Under the pieces are notes generated by a model, which saw only the letters and a program-made list of their open reading frames with translations, did no database searches and had not been told where the DNA came from. From NCBI RefSeq assembly GCF_006345805.1, contig NC_043001.1, positions 131,254,001-131,318,000 on the forward strand: a stretch of 64,000 nucleotides of DNA. Reading direction: 5' to 3'. This stretch comes from Octopus sinensis. Lineage: Eukaryota. Positions 53,871-64,000 of the stretch are shown here, in pieces. A program made the translations under genes and the position numbers. How positions within the stretch are numbered: the stretch's first letter is position 1; the number at the start of each line of letters is the position of its first letter.

Positions 53871-55088
53871 ATATATATATATATATATAGTTATAGTTAA
53901 GGATATTATATCAATCACTATGTAACAGTTAAATGAATATATTTCAATTAGAAATTAGAATTAATCTAGCAGAACTGGTGTGAAATTTAAGAAAAAATGC
54001 TATTTAATACAAAAATGTCCATGCATAATAGGGTGAAAAAGTTAAAAAAAAAAATGGGTGGGGGATTATATGCACCAAGTTGTTATTTAATGATGCAATG
54101 CTTAATGAAAGAATAGTTTATACAAATAAAGCAAAATTATCAAGTAGCTTTAGTCAAAAGGAAAGGACATTAGTAACAAAGTTGGTAGTTTAATTGAGAG
54201 TGGGGGAAAAAAATGGAAAATGTTTCTGCATTCTTAAATTTAAAAAGAAATGGAATTATGCAAAAAATAATAAAATATTATGGATTAATATTTGTTCTCA
54301 AGTTGACCATTAACTGTAGAACGCAAGTCAGTAATTGTATGTGAGAGTTTAGTTCACACTGCTTCTCATTCTGAGAGACTTTGTTAATGAAGATGAATAT
54401 TTTTTGTGGTAGAAAGTTAATGCAGAAAAAAAAATTAGATACAATCAATCAGTACAATTTTTAATTTCTATGAATTTATAGAGCAACTGAATTAGAGGAA
54501 GTATTATAGTTAGTCAATTAACTTCAAGGAAACATTATACTTCTGAATGACTATTGTACTAATTATGAAAAATGTAATGGTTACAAGATAATTTTTTAAA
54601 ATCCATATCTTCTAAGATTACAGTTAAAATTAAAGTGCTATGCAAAAATTTTTTAATGAAAGTGTGTAATATAAACACAATCATTATAATGTTTAACCTG
54701 AAAATATTTGGATGATATGTAGAAATTTTAATTTTTGAGGCTGCCACCCCAATGTAAAAGAAAATAAAAGTGTAAAAACTAAAATTTGCAAAGTTTTGTA
54801 TAGATTGTAAGTATATATGTTAATACATTTTACGAGTATTTTATTACACTATAAATTTACTTTTCATTATTATTAATGATTACACTGGGGAACATCTTTG
54901 AAAAATTTTTTAGTTGTTTTCCTTTTTAACTAATTTGTTGGTGGCGAGTTTAGAAATCCCCTCAGAAATTTTCTCATGTTTTTGCTAAACAAGAAGTCAT
55001 TTTTTTACCAAAGGTATATCAATTTTGCCATTAAATGCAATAATTAAGAAACTAAAACGATCAAACAGTACCTTTTATTATTTAACAA

Positions 55089-55557
55089 ATAGGTAGAAAC
55101 TCTATAAGATGCACCAAGTGTAAGCTATGGACACATAAGAGGTGCAGCAATGTCAAAGGAAGGCTAACTAGGAAGATGGTTTTTGTATGTGGCAGATGCT
55201 CGGGAGCATTAACCTCTGAAAATCTGCAGAAAACAACTTCCGTCACTTTCCAGGGGGAAAAACTAGAAGTAGTTGATAGCTTCCGTTATCTTGGTGACCA
55301 AGTCAGTAGTGGGGGTGGGTGTGCTGAAAGTGTAATGGCTAGAGTAAGAATAGCCTGGGCAAAGTTTAGGGAGCTCTTACCTCTGCTGGTGACTAAAGGC
55401 CTCTCGCTCAGAGTAAAAGGCAGACTGTATGATGCATGTGTACGAACAGCCATGCTACATGGCAGCGAAACATGGGCCGTGACTGCTGAGGACATGCGTA
55501 AGCTCACGAGAAATGAAGCCAGTATGCTCCGATGGATGTGATGATGGATGATGATAT
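55089..55557 (+). mobile_element. RTE-clade LINE internal fragment (RT C-terminal region), stop-free
   Basis: GRNSIRCTKCKLWTHKRC...CGRC...LEVVDSFRYLG...KGRLYDACVRTAMLHGSETW...MLRWM; typical RTE motifs F.YLG and LYGSETW. Confidence 0.9.
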
Positions 55558-55599
55558 TGCCCAAAATGTTTAATTATACATCTTTGGGTAAATATTTTT

Positions 55600-56280
55600 G
55601 TCAAACTGGAGCTTCAACTACTCAAGGAGTGAACTTCCTCTTTGCTGTTTCATGTGAATAACTTGCATCACAACAGTCTATTTGCAGAGACCAGCAGTGG
55701 CCAGCTATCATGTTTGTATACCCCCTGTCTTGATATCTAGACTCCATAGTCTTGGTGGAATCATTCTCTTTGCTCATCACTCATTGCACAATGGTTTTTT
55801 CAAGGAAGCAGTTCAGATGACTGTGCAGGAAATGTACTTTACACCCACGTTGCAGCCCAGTGATTGAAAACAGGTTAACAGGTTCTTCATAATTTGACAA
55901 CTTCCTGTTTCCCAGGAAATCAGACACAACTGCAGCAAAAGCACTCCATGCTTCTTTTGAAATGCATGGTCTCCCAAAACTGCTCATCCCTCAGTAGCCA
56001 TCTGTGGCCCATCAAACACACAAACCATAATTTTCTCATGAGAAAAGGCCAGAAACTTTCTACTTCAGTATTTGAAACAGATACTGTCTCAGTGGTTCAA
56101 CACATGTTTTACACACTATATGGGGTACCCAGATTTCGTCTCAATCACCCAGTTTCATAGCAAAGTAAGGTATGCTTTCTTCACACAATCTGTGATTTTG
56201 TTTTGCTGCTTTGGTAAAGGATAACATCCACAAATACAGCTGAAAATATCAGGGCTGTTTCTGCATTTTCTTCTTTCACA
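55600..56280 (-). mobile_element. Chapaev-3-like (CMC) DNA transposase, internally deleted
   Basis: N-terminal RKCRNSPDIFSCICG...VKKAY and D*DEIWVPHIVCKTCVEPLRQ joined to C-terminal EAWSAFAAVVSDFLGNRK, KVHFLHSHL, DEQRE*FHQD and HCWSLQ motifs. Confidence 0.75.
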
Positions 56281-57712
56281 ACTAGTCATATTTCTGAAAT
56301 ACAAAATATATATTCAAGCCAGTTGTCACCTGGGAAAAGCATTCTCAGAATTGTCAACAGTTGTAAAGTAAGCAAATACAGAATTGTGATGGCAGAGTCC
56401 CATGAGGGGCATACATGGCATAACATTCTTTCTACAATTCTTTGACTATGCTTGACTAAAAGTGACCTTGACCCATGTGACCTCACAATTACAACATTGA
56501 GAGTATATTCAAAATACCAATTTTCATAAGAAATAGTTAGAGGTTCAACAAAATGTGTCTCACCTGCTTTGCAATGATAGTCACACTAAATCAAGTACAG
56601 TATGGGCATATCTGCAAACAAATACAGAAACTTCCACAAGCATGACATATGTATGTTGTCAAGGACCAAGAAATGTGTTGTTTATTAACATCTAATTGTA
56701 TAAAGGACATTTCTGTCATCATCAGGACATTTAAAATTGTTAGATTGAAAATAGTGGAAGTTACTCAAGTTGGATGCTTTTTATTTACTGAAAATATTTA
56801 AATTGTAACTTTTGTTTTCACTTTTGTAGTTACATTTACTTCAAATGACATTGAAAAACTTCTTTCAAAGTTATTTCTAGATCCACACATGGGTCTACAT
56901 TTCATGAAGCCAAAATCTATCCTTAGAAATGGTGACAATACTAGAAATGTTGAAAACTTAAGATTTGAATTTGCGTAAAATCTTGATGCAAATAGAGCAG
57001 AAGTCAGTACTCCAAAAATACTATGAAGCAGGTCTCCAACACCAAACAACAAAAACCATGTCCTCCAATGCTATTGTATGGGTAGTATGAGTGTCAAATA
57101 TGAATTTGATAAGGCCTGCATTTGATTTTGAAGTATTACTACAATTCACTACTTTAACTTATTTGTAAGGCAACGTTGTATATGTATTCAATTCTCTTAA
57201 ATCAAATACAAACTATCCCAAAAAGCAAGTTAAAGTTCAAGCAGTATGAACTCAACAGCTGTAAGAAATGTCCTTCTCTACTGAAGAAAGACAAACGTTT
57301 TTCACTGGAACACAGATAATTTTACACACCTGATAAGAAATGTGGTAACTCATTGTACATTTTGGTCAAAATTATAGTATGAGCATGCAAAAGTTTATTT
57401 TTACTGCAATATTTTTCTGTTTCAAACATTCTTTAATTAGCATATAGCAGGCTTTATAGAAACATAATTTTAATTGGCTTGCTATATAATAAAACATGAA
57501 AGGAGACAATTTTATTTATCTGATACAAAGTACAAAAAAAGATGCTCTTTAGATATTTCTGGAAACATTTTGGAAGTTATAGACAAAACTAGTTTTAACA
57601 AGTAGAGTGATAGTAAATTACAAGTCTTAAAGTGAAAGGAATTGAATACAGAGTGGCTAAGGAAATATTTTTACCAATAATTTATATATTTCAATATGAC
57701 TATATTCTCTAG

Positions 57713-57910
57713 AGTGGTAAACCAGCAGAAACATTAGCACACCAGGCAAAATGCTTTGCAGAATTTCCTCCATCTTTATGTTCTGAGTTCAAATTCCACC
57801 AAGATCAACTTTCTGTTGATAAAATAAGTACTAGTTGAACATCAGGATTGAGGTAATTGACTTACTCCTCACCTAAAATTGCTGGCCTTATGTCAAAATT
57901 TGAAACCAAT
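57713..57910 (+). mobile_element. decayed SINE family C (B-like head and core, different tail)
   Basis: AGCAGAAACATTAGCAC...GAGTTCAAATTCCACC head; tail AAATTGCTGGCCTTATGTCAAAATTTGAAACCAATA. Confidence 0.75.
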
Positions 57911-59007
57911 ATGACTATAAAAATAAAATATAGAATAATAAACATGTCCTATACATGTGGTATTTCTGTGAAGAAAATCAACTGTTTCAATTATTTTACT
58001 TATTAAAAGGAATGTGCAGAAATAAAAGACAACATCAAGAAATTAATATTTTTGATCAATTGCCAATAACTTCAAGATAAAAACTGCTATTGCCACATAT
58101 AGAATAGACCTCCATTTTAAAAATGTCATATTTTTACAAGCCAAAATAAAATTATATTGCATTTCCAATATTAGTTGAAAGGCTTGAAAAAAGAATACTA
58201 GATTCTGTAAACCTATAAATAAAACATTTGATAATCTTATCTTAGTGCCACTTAACATGAAAGTTTTGTTATGACCTAAAGATTATACAAGCTATTGATA
58301 TATTTTCTTTACCTTCAACTAAATTTTATAAAAAAAAAAGCAAAATATTATAAACACTAGATAATTTTGTAGAATATGGATCTATATGAAGGTTATTATC
58401 TATGGTCATACATGATTATATTGTGAAATTGCATAGAGTCAGATAAAATTGTAAAGAAATGTGTTGTGACTGGTTAATTTGTGTAATGTTAATATGCCCG
58501 AGTTAAAAGTCATAATAAACCAGTTGTTACAACAGACATAAACTTACATATGCTAAAATTTTATAAAGACATATTCCAATAAATGTATCTTATAGATTAA
58601 AACTTATAACCTATTGATGAAAATAGTTAACAATTAGATGCTGTCAATTTTTAATAGGCTTTCAAATATAAATATCAGCTTTGGAATGAAAGTATATCAA
58701 GTGCCAATTCACATTTTAAAACCGAAAATGAGAAATATTGAATCAAATTAAAACAAATGAGAAGCTAAATAGAAAGCATAAAATGCAAAATTGTACTCAA
58801 CAAAAGCATTTAAATTTAACGCAAATATATTTCCCAAAAGGAAAATTCTAAACTATAATATTTGTGAAAAGGATCATTACAGTTATGGATAATACAAATG
58901 AGTACACTGATAAGCTGTATTACTAAAATTGGTCCTCATGTAACTCTAGAGAAAGTTATGGAATTACCACATGAAGGGCAGGGCTTCAGCAATATTTTAA
59001 TGATCTA

Positions 59008-59148
59008 TTAGGTTGTCCCAAAAGTTCGTAAACACTTGCGAAAATTGAATTTTTACTCGCCAAGTACTAACAAAAACAACAAAAATTATTCCTCAAAATA
59101 AAGACCATTATTTTCTAAGACTTTCTACGAACTTTTGGGACAACCTTA
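59008..59148. mobile_element. 141-bp Tc1/mariner-type MITE, copy 2 (inverted relative to copy 1)
   Basis: Same TIRs and TA flanks (59006-59007, 59149-59150); two mismatches to the reverse complement of 37265-37405 by manual alignment. Confidence 0.92.
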
Positions 59149-59550
59149 TATTAGAATTACAGGACTAATTACTTTATCTGGAGAGCATAAAATTGTCCAT
59201 AAAGCGTAAAAATAGATGTAATAGACACACTAAAAATAACGTTCAAAAGAATATTCTCAAAACATAATTTAATAACCTTTATAAATCTAACAAGTAACAT
59301 AAGTTTAATATGTGATTTCTTCAATATCAGAATAACATTAGTAACTTATGTCAAAAACAAAATAACTAGAGTATATTTAACATCTCAAATCTAACCTTTG
59401 AAAAGTTTCCATTCATTTTTTACTAAAAAAAAAAAATATGGGATCAAACATTCATATTAGCTCCAATTAAAAGGAAACTAAGATTATATAAATCATCTCC
59501 AACAAGGACACAATACAATTTCAATTAGAAATAATTTTCAAGTACAAAAA

Positions 59551-59840
59551 TCATGTGTGTATGTATGTGTATGTAAGGACAATTATGTAGATAGAGAAAT
59601 AGAAAGCAGTGCAGATATACAAAGGTACATGCAGACAAATATACAAGGGAGAGGTACAAATAGATATACAGACAGATGTGCAAGCAGACAGATTAGCAGA
59701 TGCAGAGATGGACATGGAAGCATACAGGCAGATGTATACAGAACTGTGTTTAGACAGAAATATAGACATACATACACAAGTAGATGCATTGACAAATGTA
59801 TAAGTATATGCACATACACACACTATGTGTGTGTGTGTGT
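59551..59840. repeat. degenerate purine-rich (AGAT/ACAG/ATAC) low-complexity tract
   Basis: Tetranucleotide-like variants; explains the four overlapping ORFs here. Confidence 0.6.
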
Positions 59841-62265
59841 TAATTGTAAAGAATTAATTCAGCTTTGTCTCAATGAAAAATTCAGTTCGACAAGGGGTAG
59901 TTCAATCCAAATTAAGAACTACAACACTTTTTAATCTGCCATATTTTAAAGTATAGTTATAATGTTTTCAAAAGAATGTTAATTTAATGACAGACTTGTA
60001 AGTCTTGACAAACTCAAAAGTGTATTTTGAAAGTTACAGGCTCATCTTCATAGTTAAATTTTTAAATTAAAAATGAAAAAGAAAAAAGAAAGTAATGTTA
60101 CAAAGTCTAACTTGTGATTTCCAATTTCTTTTAAGCTACTACTCTAATTGGCTTATTTTGGTGATGCCCTCACAAATAATTACAGTAGAAAATATTTCTT
60201 TCAACAATTTAAATATTAAAATTGAGGAAAAATGTTACAATGTTCATGAAGCTTACAGACATCCTAGTGTATTGTGATTTTTAAAAAAAATGAAAAAAAA
60301 CATGGATCTAATCACACATACACACACGTGCATGTGTGCATATATAAAAATTTATATCAATAATCACATTGTCTCTAATAATTATATTCTTCTGACATAC
60401 TCATTCTATTCTTAAAGTTTCACAAAGAAACTTGGCCTAAAAGAAGCATAGCTAACTTTCTCCAGTATGACATGATCTACAGTGGTGCTGTCTACAAACT
60501 TTTCAGTTGTCATTTTTATTTTCTGATTCATACAGATTTTCAGTCTTTCTATTTCATGATATATTTTATTATAATAGCTTTAGTTTTTCTTATTGTGTTA
60601 TCAATTCAAGTAAAACGTATCATGTACCAGTTTGAAAAGTATTTAGCCTTAAGGCTCTTTTAATAGATGTTCTATTCTATTCCGTTACAACTAATGATTT
60701 TGCTCTTAGCAACTTTCATTCTATTTCATTTGCCTTGCTGCTGAACAAAATTTTGCCTTGGGCAGCTTTGTGTAAAAGTGTAAATCTCATCTTTTTTAAT
60801 AACATACCTTTCTCAAATTTTTTTTTACCAGTTGACGATTGTGATGAGAATAGTAATAAAATGGTGGTTCTTAACACTGAATTATATACTTTTTATAACA
60901 GTATAATTTATCCACATCATGATAACTGTCCAAACTACATCACTGGAAACAAGTCAAAGATTTTTTTCTATAAGCTATTCCAAGTTGAAGATGTAAGGTT
61001 GTTAAAAATATCTATTTTATTTATTTTAAATAAAATAGGGTGCATTTTTCATTAGAATAAAATTGCCTAACCTAGAAAATAGAGGAAAAACAAAATCTAA
61101 AACAAAACAAAAATGAAATCTCCCTAAGAAACACAATATATCTTCATTCGAGAACTTGTCAGGATTTTAATGACAAATTAGTCAATGAAAAAAATACTTA
61201 CAATATTGTACAAGGTTCATTTAGACAGAGATAATATTCACAAACTAATTTTTCTATGCTTACATTAGGATTTCTTACTAAATATGGTGAATTTTATAGG
61301 CTACGTGTTTCAAACATTATATAAATAATTTGGATTGAGTAAATGGTGAATATTTAAAATAGGAGTAAGCTGACATAAACTGAAACAACTCAAATAGAAT
61401 CAGTTCATTTAAGATGAAAATGGATAAAATTTGATTTACTCAGAAACTACATTTAAGTAAACTTATTTTATTTTATACAAATTAATAAGTTATTACATTC
61501 TTCTTAAGTTCATTTCCATGACTGGAAAGTACAATAACATTTTCAAAAACTGAAGAAAAATCTCAGTTATTTCTTAGTTATTACTAAAATAAAAGACAGC
61601 ATTTTCTTTGTTATGGGGAAAAGTGAGTATGTATTTATATTCAAAAAAAAAAAAAAAAAAAGCTTACTTTCTAAAAGATGGAAATGAAATTTGTGCCCAG
61701 CATTCATGACCAAGACATTATATACCGGATGACTTTGTTCCATATAGATATAATGAAGTACACTGCTAAATATAGTGCAATAACAATGTAATTATATGCT
61801 CTCTGAATGCTAGAGCTGACATAGTATTCTTTAACCAATATTATTCTTATGTGAAAGTGAGATAAATATAAATTATTGCTATTTGGGAACCAGATTTTTT
61901 GCACTCTAAATGATATGTTAATTATTTGTGTATATTTCATATTAACTGCAGCTTAAATTCAAATTTTTTCTTAGATAATATCTGATATGGAAGACAATAA
62001 CAGTTCATTGGATGGTAATAAATGTTCTAGGAGGGCACAATGACAAAAGTTAATAGATATATTGACACAGAAAGCATTATAAAGGTCAGAAACTAACTGT
62101 AGTAATTAGGGAAAAGTAAGAAATCTAAATTTTTTTTAATCAAGGAGAAACAGTAAATAGTTAAGACTCAATTCTCCCTAAAGGCAACTATTGTATTGTC
62201 TAAAAATAGCATGAATTTAAAATCAAAATTGGATTTTTGTACAAATTAAAATAATCCTTTCTACT

Positions 62266-62466
62266 ATTGGCATAAGGCCTGAAATTTTGAGGGAGAGTTA
62301 AGTCGATTACATTGACCCCAGCACTCAACTGGTACTTAATTTATTGACCCTGAAAGGATGAAAGGCAAGGTCAACCTCGATGGAATTTGAACCCAGAATG
62401 TAAAGACAGACAAAATGCAACTAAGTATTTTGCCTGACATGCTAATGATTCTGCCAGTTCACCACC
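62266..62466 (-). mobile_element. SINE family C
   Basis: GGCATAAGGCC..AAATTTTG tail, GACCC.GAAAGGATGAAAGGCAAGGTCAACC core and GCTAATGATTCTGCCAG head on the minus strand. Confidence 0.82.
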
Positions 62467-62744
62467 ATCAGTACAAATTAAAATATTGTGAGACTATCAG
62501 CATTGTTTTGTATTTTTAACCCATCAGCAAATGAAAACAAAGTGTTACATCAAAAATATTAATTTTACTTTATACCTTTTATTTTGTGCCAAAATAAATG
62601 CAGTTCCATGCAATATATCCATCATATTTCATATCATTTCTTATCTCATCAAAGAGTTTTACAGATAAGAGAATGAGAAATAGTGGAATACTTAATAAAA
62701 TCTTTTGGTTGCAGTGTCCTATGCCCAACTTCAATAGTACCAGA

Positions 62745-63085
62745 TATTGGTTTCAAATTTTGGCATAAGGCCAGCAATTTTGGGAGTTTAACTGGTATTT
62801 ATCATATTGACCCTGAAAGGATGAAACGCAAGTAGAACTCTTGATTGATGGTTTGGCTCTGCGGGGTGAATCCTCAATGCACAATACCACATTTCTGGGG
62901 TTGATGTTCATGATTTTCTTGATCATTCATTGTCTTCTAAGGCTGTTCCTCTGATTTTGAAGCATTTGTGCCACTTGAAACATTGCATACAACCCATTGC
63001 CTCATCGCTGTAAGCTTGCTGAAACATGCTCAATGTCTCTGTAGCAGACTTCCCAAATTTAACGCAAAGTCAACCTTGATGGAAT
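62745..63085 (-). mobile_element. SINE family C remnant interrupted by an internally deleted mariner transposase fragment (~62830-63067)
   Basis: Minus-strand insert reads FCVKFGKSATETLSMFQQAYSDEAMGCMQCFKWHKCFK, then GIVH*GFTPQSQTINQEFY; SINE core AAAGGATGAAA..GCAA lies left of it and GCAAAGTCAACCTTGATGGAAT right of it. Confidence 0.75.
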
Positions 63086-64000
63086 AGTGTAACCAACAAA
63101 TTACATTACTAAGGTTAAGTTTCCCCAGGAATTGAAACTAGCATGCAAATTCACCTCACTACAGAAATAAAAGAAAGGTGACAAGTATTTTTAGAAATTA
63201 TCAGGGTCAGGTATTTATTAACCCAGTGGAAGTTTAATCACAAAGGTTTAGAAAATTATATTTATTAGTTCTCTATGACCAGATCTGCAAGTAAAATCAT
63301 GCAGTGTATGCTTATTAATTCTATCTTGTGTAGGAATTATTGAGGAGATTATTATAGTAACTCAGATCTGTTGGTTACAGTAAACAGATCTGTGGAAACT
63401 GGAGATACACTCTAGCCTAATTTAAAAAAGATAAATGCATTAGATAGCCTATCATTTGAAAGGTCAAAATCAGAATAGTTCCTTTTGAACACTTTATAGT
63501 TCAGAATATTTTCAAATCACCAAATTCTATTCATTCAATTTATGAAAGAGTAACATTACTAATTTGTTTTTCAAAGCTTAATCTTTTCATTTACTTAAAG
63601 CTGGACAAAACCTATCATTACTTCACACTTATGAATGCTGTAAGATGCATAATATTTATGCCTTTTATTCAACATTTATTTGAAAATCAGCCTGTACATT
63701 ACATTTGTTTTGTTTTTTAGCTTTAGACAGCAATAAACTTCATGAGGAGAATTGAATTTTCTTCAAATATTTGTTACTTCAATAGCATTTTATAAAATAA
63801 AATTAAACCAACTTTTCAATTTGAATTGAAGAAATATATAAAAACTAAGTTACTCCAATGTAATTATACATCAACAAAATTGAATGGTTTCTATCTGATT
63901 TTTGTACAGACTTAATCTTCTATGAAATAGACGTATTCATAAAAATGAAGATTATAGGGATAAGGCAATAATTGGATCCTTTATTTGAAAAGACTAGCAT

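Noticed and set aside
56830-56990. Plus-strand peptide NTRNVENLR similar to FUZ NIRNVERLK
   Set aside because: Wrong strand and wrong order relative to the FUZ exon; no splice sites; chance match.
60472-61055. Hydrophobic stretches (FYFMIYFIIIALVFLIVLS; LLLATFILFHLP) suggestive of GPCR TM5-TM6
   Set aside because: Interrupted by stops, no convincing TM7 or DRY-type motif, and composition is explained by the T-rich strand; not supportable without a profile search.

Overview
This is eukaryotic, strongly AT-rich genomic DNA with very dense microsatellites. The repeat repertoire (tRNA-headed SINEs with (TA)n(TG)n linkers, RTE LINE tails ending in (TGA)n, long cryptic TG/TA arrays) is what I associate with Octopus/coleoid genomes; the species call is an inference. 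The only host coding sequence I can support is one 122-nt minus-strand internal exon (19307-19428) of the planar-cell-polarity/ciliogenesis gene fuzzy (FUZ), so most or all of the window is probably FUZ intron. The rest is transposon debris: four SINE families, several RTE and CR1-like LINE pieces, piggyBac, mariner, DD37D (maT), Chapaev-3-like and probably hAT transposase fossils, and two kinds of young MITE. Most ORF-track entries are microsatellite or antisense artefacts. The two most interesting observations are (i) a near-canonical minimal type I hammerhead ribozyme fold at 26683-26740, inside a ~706-bp direct-repeat unit with two decayed hammerhead-like cores nearby (a Penelope/retrozyme-like cluster), and (ii) nested inverted SINE pairs bracketing the lone FUZ exon. 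No database searches or folding programs were run; family names rest on motif recognition.
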